64,000 nucleotides of DNA, from NCBI GenBank assembly GCA_026023565.1, contig JAPETS010000029.1, positions 310,001 to 374,000 on the forward strand, written 5' to 3'. Below the pieces are notes generated by a model. It was not told the origin of the DNA. It saw only the letters and a list, made by a program, of their open reading frames with translations, and ran no database searches. A program made the position numbers and the translations under genes. The first letter of the stretch is position 1. Each line of letters opens with the position of its first letter. Of this stretch, positions 38,901-51,872 are shown piece after piece. The stretch is from Cirrosporium novae-zelandiae (Eukaryota).

Positions 38901-41900
38901 CCATCTCGGTACGCTCTCTTCGATTTTTGCATCTGTCTTCACGAGCTAACTTCCATCTACTAGCCGGTGATACTGCTCAAACTATTTCCCAAGACTCCAC
39001 CTTCCGTTTCCCTGACATCAAAGCCCTCTTCTATGAACACTTCGCCGCATCCAGCGCATCGGCAAACCAGGTTCAAATTGCGCGGCCAATGTTGTTTACG
39101 TTGTCGAAAAACTACCGCTCACATCAAGGCATCTTGGCCTTAGCATCACTAGTTATGGATATGCTTTGGAATGGTAACTCTCCATCCCACTCAGTTCTAC
39201 ATCGTGATCCCAGGATATTAACCACGAAGGCAAAAGGTTTCCCGGAAACGGTGGACAAATTGCAACCGGAGATCGGGCAGCTCTGCGGACCAAAACCTGT
39301 ACTTTTTGGTGGGTGATAATTCCATATTAGGGATTTTCGAGTTCTGACATTTATCAAGTTGGCTGTGATTCCCAGATTCTCACTGCAAAGCACGTCGGCC
39401 TCGTCAAGCTCTCTGAGCGGATCGCCGACTTTGGGGCGGAGCAAGTTATCCTAGTGCGTGACGATGATGCGAAAGCGAAACTACAGACCGAAATAGGGGA
39501 CGCAGCATTAGTCTTAACAATCCTCCAAAGCAAGGGCATGGAATTTGATGATGTTATTTTGTGGGACTTTTTCACTGGGTGTCCGAGTCCGGCAGGCGTG
39601 AGAAGCCTAGGTGCGTTGGCGGACGGTAGGTCGGAAGGCTTTAATGCGAAAAAGCACGCGGTCAGTATCTAGATGTTTCATTTGCAGTATGTTCCTTTGT
39701 TAGCTAACGGGGCTCTAGGTGATGTGTTCTAATCTCAAGGTAAACAACTCTGCTTTTCTCCCGTTTCTCAGATACACTAAATATTATATCTAGCATCTAT
39801 ATGTTGCCATCACAAGGGCTCGTATTAAATTCTCGATGATCGAGAGCTCTGAGAGGGCAGTTGCACCCGTCATAAAACTGTTCACCCGAAACCCCCTAAA
39901 ACCGTTGGTTGAAGTTGCCAGACCGCACGATTCTCATGTTAGTATCACGCTGTCATTAAAACTCTTCATATATCCTAAGCTAACTTAATAAAGTTTACCG
40001 ATAAGTTGATGGAGCTACGACCTGGTACATCCGTGGACCCTAGGCGATGGTCTTTGAGGGGGGAACAGCTTATGCAACAGCGAAACTTTAACGACGTTAG
40101 TACAATATCTGCCCCATTTCCTGTCATACAGTCATATCCCTTACAAAAATACAGGCCCTCATGTGCTTTCGCAAGGCGAAAGATCATCGAGGAGAAAAGA
40201 TCGCACACGCTCATGTTCTAGAAGAGGAAGGGCGACGCTGCAGCGCCGTTGATGATGTAGTGGGATTTACACAAAACCTCCAAGCCGCGGTTAAAATGTT
40301 TTTAGAAGAAAAGCTGGTGGGTGATGCGGTTAGGAATCTTGTGAGAATGGGAAAGTTCGAAAGTGCAGCGGGTCCGTTAAGCCATGTCATTCTTATTAAC
40401 TGCAAGCCTGGCTGAATAAACTAGGTTTATGGTTTCAAGACCAGAAATATGGCAAAGCGGCGCCTTTATTCGCTGAGGCTGGTCTTTTTGACAAAGCCGC
40501 AAATTGTTATCACCTCACCGAAAGATATGACGAAGCTGCTTCTGCATTCCGTCAGGGAAAACATTTTGACGAATTGGTATCCTACCTTAGCGAGTATGAT
40601 TACTCAAGTATCCGATCTTAGGGAAATGTAAGCTGAAGACGATATTTTACAGAAACCACCACCTTATCGGCTCCAGATGTTATCGGAGTCACAGCCGCCT
40701 CTGCAACCTCATGATCAAGCAAGGGAGAATATCCCCCGCATACCGTGAGCTTGCGATAAAAATGCTCCAATCACATGCAGAACAGGAGAAATTCTTCATC
40801 GAGTACGAGATGCATGAGCAACTTACAGATTTCTATGCAGATCATGGAAGATATAAAAATCTCTTTTTCTTGTTGATTAAAATGGGAGAGATGGAAAGAG
40901 CGCTGAACATCGTGGCGGCCAATAACTCCCTACTATCTGTGTATGATGTCCCCGAGGATTTTATTCTGAAAGTACTAGATTACGTTTTAGCAGGTCGCCT
41001 CATTTGCTTACCTGAAGAGGGTTCTGATGCAATCCCCAAACTTACACATCAGGAGGACTACTTTCCAACGCCCAAGCAACTAAAGAGAAGTGGGGTATGG
41101 GATTCTGGCTACCAGTTTATCCGCCACTGGCAAGATGCTGAGTCATACAAACAACTTTTAGAAATGGAAATTACCTTGATAAAGAAACTCCTATGTCTCT
41201 ATGTAAGTTAGTACGATCCCTACTCTTCGCTATTTCTGATATATCAAGATTACTCTCAATCCTGCACGAATGGTCCAGGCGTCGAGTTTGGCCGAACTTC
41301 CTTTCGAAATAGTTGAAGAGGCCATCAGCACAGTCAAGGGTCTTTTTTCTGGACCGAAGAATGATGCTTGGTCCGTTGCGCTACTCTTCACCGGGGTATT
41401 TGACATGGACGCAGCCTCGGAAACATATATTTTACTCCCTTGGTCTCCTCTTCGCCAAACGTCCACTGATACCGACACTAGAAATTACCCACAATTGGCA
41501 AAGGAATGGCTGCTCGATGAAATGGCGTCGGCAATACTAATACTTGATGAAAAGGCCAAGAAATTATATTCAATGGAGTGGCCTGTGCGATGTGTGTGGT
41601 TTATGACAAAAGGTGGGAATATCAAAAGGTTATACGTATTTCTAGGGGGCTAATTCCATACAGGTTATTGCCAAACAGCACAACGAGGAGAGTGCACTTG
41701 GTCGCACGAAGTGCTCTATCCATCTAATTGCTCCCGAATGATCGAGGTATTGACTTTGTATAAGAATCCTCTCAATCTCAGAAATTATCTAACATGGTCC
41801 TTAGAATTTGTTACGAGTGAACTTAATTTTCTGCAATTTGACTTTTCTATACTATCACCGCATCATGGCTGAACATTTTCAGGAAAAGTTTCTAGGGATC

Positions 41901-43817
41901 AGTAAGTGAATTGTTTATCACTTCACCAGCCCGTATCTGATGTCTTGGTTGTGCAGGACGTTCTTGGCTAGAACGGCTTCTTCGGGAGATGACATACATT
42001 TCTTCCTTTGAGCAGGACACTTCAGCTCTAATGAAGACACATACAAAATTATTCCGTAGAGACCGATTTGCGGCAATCGCGTCTTGCCTTGAGGAGCTAT
42101 TGTTTCATAGGTTGGGTCGAGAATGGGATCGAAGAAGCGACCTTTCTTCCCTACTAGAACAAATTCAACTCTCACAAAGTCTTGGTATACCCTTCAATAT
42201 ACTCTATCGACACAGGATCAAGATAATAGCTAACGCGTGTAGGACCATCTGTGGAAATGCGCTTTTCCCGGGCCCTGTCGTACAAGATATATAAACTTAC
42301 TGATGGCAGATCCATAGAACGACAGCTACAGACTTTACAGATTCTCAGATCACTTGAAGGAGACATCAACAACCATCACGCACAAACTTTTGTATGTCTA
42401 GTAATTCCCAAATAATTTTAGTCTCGTACTAAAACCATACAGCAATGTAATCTAAACAGCTTCCTCTTAAGCCTCAATCATGTCGACATTCAATATCTGA
42501 TGTCATTTCATGCTGTGACTGGAGTATTTGAGTTTTTTACGTTATATCTGGTAACCATCTCTAAACCTTAATATCTTTAAGTGCTCTACTAATAACTTCT
42601 AATGATCTTCTTGACTTGTCCGGGGGCATTTGCTATCCCTCAATCTTGGGTCGATATACACCTCCCGTGGATAGCTACTGACACCTATTGGCAGCCATCC
42701 GCACTACCGGAGCTAGACAGAGAGATATACAAACAGTGCCTTGTTCAACTTGTCATCGGCTTCAGTCGCATTCTCTCTCGGTTAAATGAAGTATTTAGCA
42801 AGGATCCCAAATTCAAATTCTCCTTTGGACGTAGAGGGTATCCACAATGGATTCTGCAACGACGAAATGCAGAGCTTCTAGCAACTGCGATAATCTACCT
42901 GGGTAGTACCAGCACCCCACCACGTGGCTTTATGGAAGCGTGGACAAAGGCTAAAGAGGTTCGTTATCGCCCACACACCAGATTATATTGATTTAATTAG
43001 CTGACGACTAACACTTCACAAGACATTTGAATATCGTTACATTAGAGCTGATTATCTTCGACATAAGACTGTTGAAGAACTCTGCGAGAAACTGGCTCGT
43101 TCATTTGTTGCATACAATAGCAAAAATGCTCTCGTACTAGTCGCTAGGGATACAGAAAAACCAAACACCTTTTCCAACCTCCTGAAAAAATTCAGGGTGA
43201 AGACTGTTGCAATGAATCTTTTATGTGGAATGCGTCCCACAGAACCACACACAGGGTTCCACTCCTCGATTTCAACCGAACCCACTGAGCAATATTTGAA
43301 GTCTGAAATAGAAGCGGTAACTAAAATTCAACAGTTCTGGCGATCTCGTTTCTCAAAGCTCAAAGCCTTCCGAATATTCAAGCAGAAACCAGAGGCCAAA
43401 GCTGTAGCTTTCTTCATTGCTCTCGGTGCATACAAGTCCACCACACTTCCCATACGCGTTATTCTTGTCTCACAAGGAGTTGATCTTCATCTCCAGCTAG
43501 CCAATGCACAAAAAACGCTCTACGAGCTGCGGAAGCGAATCATTGCTCATACTAATGATGCCAGACTATCTATTGACCGGTTTGACTCTCTAGATGAGGT
43601 CCTACAACGACTTCCTAATATTGATGACAAGCTAGAAAGTGCAGCCGAAAAAATGTCTAGAGATCATCTCACAAAGCAAATTGAGAGAGGGAATCTTGCT
43701 GAGTTGCAGGAGACGTTGAGGGATGTGGAAGATATTGTCAACAATGTTGAGGATGACATGAGGGAAGAAAACGAAGTTGTCAATAAGATTTCTAAAGGTT
43801 TGTCACAAGACCGATGA
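35907..43817 (+). CDS. Large TRANK1-like UvrD/SF1 helicase with TPR-like repeats, CCCH finger and IQ-like motif (~24 introns)
   Basis: Spliced reading gives GRSGTGKTT (Walker A), VYIDEVQD (Walker B), AGDTAQTI, NYRSHQGI, TILQSKGMEFDDV and LYVAITRAR. Also AAPLFAEAGLFDKAANCY repeats, C-x8-C-x7-C-x3-H and AVTKIQQFWRSR. All exons join in frame, but one acceptor (42604) is not AG. Confidence 0.88.
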
Positions 43818-44812
43818 GTGATGAGTGATACGGGGGCAGGATATCCTAGATCAGGTTGGATAGTTACATAACCCAGGATTAAGTAGATCGCAGTGATCAC
43901 CCTGGTTGTAAGGTGATGAGGATGACCAAAGGGAATAGATAGGATCGCGGTGATCATGTTCGTGGGAAGCGATCATGGTGACCAAGGATATTTTTCTTAG
44001 GACGAAGGGAAAATATAGAACCCTACCCGAGATAGAACCCCCTGTGGTCAACTTATCACAGTCTTTAACACATCCTTGAATTGAATACTATAATAACCGG
44101 TCTATTATTCGGATCCTATATCATTCTAGTATTCCTACTGTCTATGTAGAAGCCCTGAGCGAACCGTAACCCTTAGTTTCAACTCCGAGGATCCCAAGGA
44201 TAGAAACTTATGTTAGTATAACTTCGGGCACCATGCCTTGGGGTAGCATATCCTCTAAAATGATGACTAAAATATCTGTAGCCAATAGGCTTTACAGCCC
44301 TGAAAATTCTTGTTCTTTAATGTTATATCTATATGCCTTCGTTGTGATTCTTGTTGGTTTTTTTTTTCAATTACTTTTGTTGATTGTTCCAGATTACTAA
44401 CGCTATATCTATGCGATTTAACCATTTGCACGTGATTATTCATGTGACTTAACTACTTAATCGCTCCGTTATAGCTGCAGCTATAACTACAGCCTTTACT
44501 TTAGATACCAGGCCTGTTATTATTATATCCACGCCAGTTATACACCTAGATTTGGACCCCCCAGAGCCCTATCCTACGCGGCAACAGTCGAACGCTAACA
44601 TGGATAGCCAGGTAGCGTTCTTTCGTGCAAAGGATTATACCGCACGCTAAGCGTGCAGCGTACAGCTTTACTGAGGCTTAAACGTGCCTTGCCACAGGAA
44701 TTAGTGGAAATACGCCATACTGAGCAATTTGGCTGCGATGATATCTCGGAAATAAAAAGGGTGGCGCAACACTTTCCACGCCAAATAATTTTAGATAAGA
44801 CCAATGAAAAGC

Positions 44813-44820
44813 AAAAAAAA
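44813..44820 (-). terminator. RNA polymerase III oligo-T terminator of the tRNA
   Basis: T8 run on the minus strand 7 nt after the tRNA 3' end. Confidence 0.7.
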
Positions 44821-44827
44821 TGAATAT

Positions 44828-44940
44828 CGACAACGACAGGATTTGAACCTGTGCGGGCGAACCCATGTGATATCTAGTACGGATCCAACTTTACATCAGC
44901 CGATTCGAGTCACACTCCTTAACCACTCGGACACGTTGTC
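44828..44940 (-). tRNA. tRNA-Ser(CGA) with 32-nt intron
   Basis: Acceptor stem GACAACG/CGTTGTC, D-arm TGTCCGAGTGGTTAAGGAG, anticodon stem TGTGA/TCACA with loop CT-CGA-A, intron 44903-44872, long variable arm GGGTTCGCCC, T-loop GTTCAAATC and discriminator G. Confidence 0.95.
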
Positions 44941-46218
44941 TGTATCTTGGAAAAGACGATGAAATTATTTTTTATATTACAGGATCCAATTGCAAAAATT
45001 CCATTAACCAACCATGCAAATCATAGCAGGGATGGAACAAATATCTTTAAACGAAAGTTGCTCATGGATACAAGTACCAATCTAAAACTTACCTGAATAT
45101 TATTTGATAACGACATAATACGCCTCTGACTCGGGAGTGTTCAAAAGCACGAATTTATTAGCTACATGTTCACATCCAGCCCATGTGTCCGCACACTTCG
45201 CTGTAAGCTGACAGGACTTGCAATTAGTCGTTCTAATTCCGTCGTCTTCATACGCAGAAGAGTCACAAGCCCATTCGTCTTATCAATAGACGATGATCAA
45301 AAGTGGGATCCTGTCTTGGGGTCTTGGGACTGGGAAAGTGGATTGAAGACAGGCCATGTTGAAATGGATAGACGAGAATCCTTGAGTTCCTACAAGATAC
45401 AGCGTAGTTCCCTGTAAATCCAGATGCAGGGAAGGCGTTGGATTGAAGATGCAATAGTTGGATGTACATGTATGCATTGACGGACGGCAAGCAATCAGTG
45501 GAAGCGAAAAGTCTTAAGCTTCACCAGTAAAGTTTCAAGGGATCTGCGGATCAACTTGGGGTATTTTCTAAAATCTAAACTTGACCCAGACACACCGCAC
45601 CATCCAATATGAGCATTGTGCTACAATGAAACAGCGGTCCCCTTGAACTATCTTCCACTACCGAAATATGGCAAACCTTCTCCAGACATGGTTGTCACCA
45701 GAAGAGAGTTCGTCACTGTCGTTCTCTTGCAGATCCATGTACGCCTTCGATACCTGTCGTGCATCAGCAGCGCAATTCCGCTCAAGCAAAGTTATATAGA
45801 GCTTCCTAGCAGTTCTCCATTAGAATCTACTGAAGCAATCCATACCCTTTCGGGTTGTTTGGTTCCTGCATCTCCCGGGATATGAATGAAAAATGAGCTG
45901 ATTTAGACATCTCGATCAGTCTGAAGTTCTTCGTGGCTGCGACATTGACAATAAACCCCAAAATTTCACTACGATAACAGAAATATTGGAGAAATGAAGT
46001 TTCTTTTGACGGTGCTCACCGCTTGAACCATGTACTGACCTTGCCGTTGTTATCGCTGAAGTCGAAGAACTATATAAGTGCTTCCAAGTCTATCTTCGAC
46101 CTTTTTCTCTTTCCCTCTAGCAATCGTCTCCTTACCATTGTTCTTATTACAGATTTCTTGCCATACTTACTGTGAAGCTCCAATTCCCAAGCTCGCCAAT
46201 TCTCCTCGTATAACTGCC

Positions 46219-48241
46219 ATGAGCACCTCAGCAGCATATTTCGCATCGCGAAGCTATGACTATGTTATAGTGGGTGGTGGAACTGCAGGCCTTGTCCTAG
46301 CAAACCGTCTGACTGAAGACCCTTCAGTCCATGTAGCGGTGCTTGAAGCTGGTCAGAATAAGAATGATGATAGGAGGGTCTTGACACCAGCATTTGCAGG
46401 ACAAAATGTATTCAATCCAGAATACGATTGGTGTTTTATGACTACGCCGCAGGTGAGACGCTCTAGAAGTTGATTATATTTTTGATATTCTAAGCTGCAC
46501 TATGCTAACGAGTATTTCCCACTTCCAGCCCCACCTCGACAACCGGCCTGTTGCATGGCCACGCGGCCGTCTCCTTGGTGGTTCTTCTGCAACAAACTTC
46601 CTCGTTCTCACCTACCCCTCAGTTCGTGACATTGACAACTGGGCCATCCTTGGAAATCCAGGGTGGTCTTTCAAAGACCTCCAACCCTTCTACCAGAAAT
46701 TCCAAACCTTTCATCCACCCTCAGCATGCACGTCCAAGTTTATTAGCCCAGAGTATTTGGATAAAGGGTTACAGGGGACGGATGGGCCTTTATCCGCAAG
46801 TTTCGCCGAGTATAACAGTCCCGTGATTAAGGCATGGCCAGAGACGTTCAAGACGCTAAAGTATACCATTACGGGTGATCCAATGAGCGGGAAGGCTCTG
46901 GGTGGACATATATCTCCGTCAACAATCGATCCCAAAACTGCCACCCGTAGCCATGCAGGTGTAGCTTACTACAAGCCCGTCGCTTCTCGTCCCAACCTCC
47001 ATCTTCTTACGGACGTTATGGTCTCCAAGGTCCTATTTTCGGATAAAAAAGATTCTAATGGTGACATTATTGCCACGGGCGTCCAAATAATATCTAAAAA
47101 TGAAGAATTCACCATCTCTGCTTCAAAGGAAGTTCTTATTTGCGCAGGGACAGTCCAGTCCTCTCAAATTCTAGAGCTCAGTGGCATAGGCGCACCATCT
47201 CTTCTCTCTTCACACAACATCCCTGTCCTCATCGCCAACGAAAATGTCGGCGAGAACTTGCAAGATCACCTCCTGGTACCGTACCAAGCCGAACTTATCC
47301 CTGAGCCAGCGTTCGATAAGGATGCCAATTTCGACCCCAGCACCCCTCTAGTGTCTTTCGATGCTCTCCGCGACCCTGAAGCTCTAAAGACAGCATTAAA
47401 GCAATACGAAACTAGCCACACTGGCCCTCTAGGCCATTACTGGAACTGCTCAGCTTACATACCATGCGTAGACTTTGTCCCAGAATCGATGAAACCCAAA
47501 CTAGCTGCCCTCATCGAAAAGAGCCTTTACCCCTCCAACGAACCGCAGCCCCTCTCTGAGGGCGCCAAACAACAACGCGAATTGCATCGAAACCTTCTTC
47601 TAGACGACAATGAAGCTACGGCCCAATTCCTCATGATCCCGGCTTCCATGGGCGTCCCCAGCATTGCAACCCCAACCGACCGCTCCTTCCTCACCATTCT
47701 CGCCTGCCTCACAAACCCCCTCTCCATCGGCTCCATCCACATCACATCCCCCTCCGTCACCGACTACCCAGCAATCGACCCCAACTACCTCTCCAACCCC
47801 ATCGATGTCGAAATCCTAAGCAGACACGTCCAATACCTCGACACCATCATGGCCACGTCACCGCTGGCACAGTACGTCAAGAAAGACGGCATGCGCATCC
47901 CGCCGCTCAGCCCCGTGGATAAGAACGGAAAATCCGGAGCCAAGTTTGCAGATTACAAGGCCGCAGAAGCGTACACAAGGGCTTACTGCTCCACGGAGTT
48001 TCACCCGATCGGCACGTGCAGCATGCGGCCGAGGGACAAGGGCGGCGTCGTGAGCCCCGAGCTCAAGGTGTATGGTGCCAAGAACCTGCGTGTGGTCGAT
48101 GCTAGCGTCATTCCCATGATGGTGCGGGGTAATATCCTCAGTAGCGTTTATGCCGTCGCGGAGAAGGCTGCTGATATCATCAAGAAATTGTGGGCCCTGA
48201 ATGGTTTGGAAGATAAGCTTGCTAATGGACGGTTGGAATAA
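46219..48241 (+). CDS. GMC oxidoreductase (AA3), probably intracellular
   Basis: YDYVIVGGGTAG, RGRLLGGSSATN, VGENLQDH, FHPIGT, LRVVDAS and GNILSSVYAVAEKAAD (His/Asn pair). One intron at 46453-46528. TATATAA at 46071. Confidence 0.93.
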
Positions 48242-48687
48242 GAGTGAATGAGTAAGTGGAGTTAGTCTATTGAATAAATTAAATGGCTGGATTGGGGTTG
48301 TTTCCGCTAGTGCTTATACCTATACCACACTACACTATGCCATACATATACCTACCTTACCTCCCTATGTATCTATCTACGTGAAATGAATAATTCAAAA
48401 AAAAATTCCCATCTTTACAAAAATCATCAATAGATATTCTAAAATTTCTAAATACCACCTACCCTCTTTTAATTTTTTTTAGTTCCATGATAGATAGGCA
48501 GGTAGACAGATAGATAGGACACGAAAGAAACTGCTTCGTTTAGTAAATTAAGTATATATATATATATTTCGTTTTACCCTAAAATGCCTGCTGTTTCTTT
48601 ATCCCCTCATTCCTCTATCTAGAAATATCCCCACCAATACACCTATCCTATCCTATCCACTCTCACCAACACCCACACCCACACCTT

Positions 48688-50814
48688 TTAAGCACCACTA
48701 ACACCAACACCCCTCCCCGCAAGCTCCCTCCTCACTTCCTCAATCCCCTGCAAAACCTCTCCAATACCCTTTTCCACCTCATTCTCACCCTCACCCCCTT
48801 CTTCAGCCTTCCCCCGCAACAACCCTTCCACAACCCCCTTCATAGTCACAACGTCCCCCCAAACCCGTTTCTGCGCGCCCCAATACGCGCGTGTTAATAA
48901 CTCGATTGCGAGTTGGGCGAGGGAGATGCAGAGTTCGCGCTGCTGCTGATGTGAGGATGTTGTTGGTGATGAGGAGGAGGAGAATGGAGATGTGGCTAGT
49001 TTCAGGATAGCAGTTAAATTTTTTTCGGGGGTTGGACCCATGGAGCCGGATTCAGCGTAGGTGAGGAGGAGCCGGATTATTTCGAGGGCCTGTTGGCTTT
49101 CTTTTTCTTGGTTTCGGGGTTGGATTTCGGTTTTGTCTGCGGGAAGCAGCAGCATGGCATCGGTTATTGTTTTGAGGTCTTTGAAGAGGATGGCGAAGCC
49201 GTTTGAGGTTCCGAAGATTTCGGCGCTTGTGGGGTCGAGGAGGAGGATTTGGAGGATTAGGAGGATAGGGTGTTGGAGAGGTAGATTGGTGGGGTATAGG
49301 GATAGGAAGAGTGGAATTAGGGTTGTTGTGGAGGTTTGGAGGGTGGAGTTGTCGTCAGCTTGGAGCCAGAGGTAGAGGGTTTGGAGTTGGGAGATAGTTA
49401 GGAAATCGGTTTGGGGGGAAGTAGTGGTGGGGGTGGTTGGTGGTTGAAGGAGGAGCCGTTGGGGTTGATCTGTTGGGGCTGGGAGCTGGGGGGCGTCCCG
49501 TTCGTCTTGGAGGTACTCGATCGTCATGGAGATGGTGGAGCCGATTTCGGAGCGGAGCTTTAAGATCATATCTGGTGGGAATGACGAGAATAGTGTGGAT
49601 CCAGAACCATTTTCGTCTTCCTTGTCCATGCTCTCCATCAAGTGATTCACAAACGCTGTGAGGATATCATATGAAGCAGAAATATGCTTGGAGATATCTT
49701 GGTATTCTGAGATACTCTTCTTCTTCTGGTCATGAAGAGATGGAAGCGACGATTGGATGTCGATAATTGGAAGTTTTATGAAGAGGTGATGAAGGGGTTT
49801 TGATGACTCCTTTGAGGAGCTTGACTGGAAGAGGAGGGTCGAAGCTTCGGGGTATGATTGAATAAGGGTTGCGGATAAGATCAAGATCGCTTTGCTGCCA
49901 GATGATCCTATCTTCGGGACAGCTTCATGGATTACTTTTGCTAGTTGTGGAAGCCAGGGAGGGGATAATGACCTAGAGATAGTGCCGGAAAGGATGTCAC
50001 TCAAGGAGAGAAATAAAGGGGTCGGGTTGATGCCTCTAAAAGCCACGAGTATTGATGGCACTATATCATCTAGTTTATTCTGGTTATTTTCAACCTCATG
50101 ATCAGTTGTCGCCCCTAGAAGGAAAGCATGTTTTATGGTATCAAGCGCCAGGGGCTGCTGTGGTGTAATTTCAATCAACGGAGACCAATCTTGGACTGTT
50201 AGTATAGTAGAAGCGCCTCTCGGTGCACTTGCTAAGGTTAGCAGGATTTGCATAACCTGAATCGTTGTATCTGGTGGGCTTCCATGATCAGTAAGTTCTG
50301 TCAAGGAGCAATTTTCTTTCATTAAGCAGCAATACCTTCGAACCAATACAGCCATCAATCCTTGAATTCTACCCAAGAACTTTTCATCTTCTTTCCTCTC
50401 ACTTGGCAGCAGTACAATGAAAGCATGTAGAATAGCCACGGCCAGTTCAACCATACTACTCGCCTCTTCCTTGCTTTTTTTATCGTTTTCTTTGGCTTTC
50501 AGAAGCCGGGACAAGAACTTGGCTGGTATGGCCTCCCAACATCGTAATATTGTCTCTTGGTCATGCTGTAATTCTTGCCGTGTATCAAGGATAGATCTCA
50601 TAAGAGCAAGGCCCACAAATCGTGATGTATCATCTTTCGTCTGGAGCAATTTGCAAGCTTCGTCAATAACTGGTTCTAAGGACCTTTTCTGCCCTTCCTC
50701 ATTCTTAAAGATTTCATTCTCTGATTCAGCCTGCACATTATTTTCAAATATTTCTTTAGCATCGCCCCCCCCATATTGTTGCTGGGTCCTGATTGGCAAC
50801 TTCATATCGGCCAT
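48688..50814 (-). CDS. Neurochondrin-like ARM-repeat protein
   Basis: LLQTKDDTSRFVGLAL...CWEAIPAKFLSRLL N-terminal signature and a leucine-rich helical body. Probable stopless 57-nt intron at 50335-50279. Confidence 0.75.
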   Translation of the reverse strand: MADMKLPIRTQQQYGGGDAKEIFENNVQAESENEIFKNEEGQKRSLEPVIDEACKLLQTKDDTSRFVGLALMRSILDTRQELQHDQETILRCWEAIPAKFLSRLLKAKENDKKSKEEASSMVELAVAILHAFIVLLPSERKEDEKFLGRIQGLMAVLVRRYCCLMKENCSLTELTDHGSPPDTTIQVMQILLTLASAPRGASTILTVQDWSPLIEITPQQPLALDTIKHAFLLGATTDHEVENNQNKLDDIVPSILVAFRGINPTPLFLSLSDILSGTISRSLSPPWLPQLAKVIHEAVPKIGSSGSKAILILSATLIQSYPEASTLLFQSSSSKESSKPLHHLFIKLPIIDIQSSLPSLHDQKKKSISEYQDISKHISASYDILTAFVNHLMESMDKEDENGSGSTLFSSFPPDMILKLRSEIGSTISMTIEYLQDERDAPQLPAPTDQPQRLLLQPPTTPTTTSPQTDFLTISQLQTLYLWLQADDNSTLQTSTTTLIPLFLSLYPTNLPLQHPILLILQILLLDPTSAEIFGTSNGFAILFKDLKTITDAMLLLPADKTEIQPRNQEKESQQALEIIRLLLTYAESGSMGPTPEKNLTAILKLATSPFSSSSSPTTSSHQQQRELCISLAQLAIELLTRAYWGAQKRVWGDVVTMKGVVEGLLRGKAEEGGEGENEVEKGIGEVLQGIEEVRRELAGRGVGVSGA

Positions 50815-51187
50815 GTTGAAGAACCCTCTTTGTCGGTTAATTTATAAAGCAGCCGGAAAGCCTGATAGCTAATCCAGAAAGATGTCAAGCAATTCACAAT
50901 AATTACTTCTGTCTGAGAAAGGAATAAATTAATAGATCTATCCATTTGGGGAAGCGGAAGCTTTTGGCGGATATGTTGGTGCGGCGGGACTGTCGCTCCA
51001 TCTTTGAACGTCGGCCGATGCAATGCAGCACTAGATCCAATTAGGAACACCTTCGATTTTCTCCAGTCCCAAGTCTTCACAATCCTGGACCTCTTATCTT
51101 GAATTTGAAGATCCAGAAAGCGAAAAACGACTTTCAGCAATCCTTTCAATTCCTGCAATTCCCTCTCTACTCCTTCCGCTTCTCAAA

Positions 51188-51872
51188 ATGTCTTCCTCTA
51201 GCGTGGCTCGCTGCTGCGCCCGGCTCACCCGCTCCGCCACCACTATCGCAACTCTCCGCTCCTCCGCCATTTCTCTCTTCCGACAAACGACACCCGCAGC
51301 TCGACGGTGGGAATCTACAACTACTGCATCTACGAATCCAAAGATTTCAGGGATTGTGGATCAGATTAGTCAATTGACGTTGTTAGAGACAGCGGATCTG
51401 GTTTCGAGTTTGAAGGTAGGGAAATATAATTTTTTTTTGCGGGAGATCTGCTTTGGGCTGGCAGTGGGAACATGTTTTGTCCGCTAAGATGTTACTTGCC
51501 ATATGTTATGGCTTAATTGCTAAATATTATTTTCTTCCTACATAGACCCGCCTCAATATCCCCGATATGCCCATGGGCGGCTTCGCGGCCGCCGGTCCCG
51601 CCGCCCCAGCTGCAGCTCCGGTGGAAGAAGAAGAGGCCGCCCCCGCAGCCCAGGAGAAGACTCTTTTCAACCTGAAGCTCGAATCATTCGAGGCAGGATC
51701 TAAACCAAAGGTCATCAAGGAGGTTAAGGCTATGCTTGGTCTAAGTTTGGTAGACAGCAAAAAGTTTGTAGAGAGTGCACCCAAGATTATGAAAGAGGGC
51801 GTGCCGAAGGAGGAAGCCGAGAAGATTGTTGCTACGTTGAAAGCCTTGGGAGCCGTGGCTTCAATGGATTAA
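51188..51872 (+). CDS. MNP1: Mitochondrial ribosomal protein bL12m (L7/L12)
   Basis: Arg/Ser-rich presequence, [21 protein letters not shown], Ala-rich hinge and [24 protein letters not shown]. One intron at ~51416-51546. Confidence 0.95.

Noticed and set aside
45000..46000. Short ORFs between the tRNA and the GMC gene
   Set aside because: No recognisable homology or consistent splice pattern.
46078..46218. Hydrophobic in-frame extension upstream of the GMC ATG that resembles a signal peptide
   Set aside because: It starts at a GTG directly after the TATATAA box, so it would precede the likely transcription start. Pyrimidine-rich leaders often translate as hydrophobic text.
49061..49661. 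Arg/Trp-rich plus-strand ORFs
   Set aside because: Antisense shadows of the C/A-rich neurochondrin-like coding strand.
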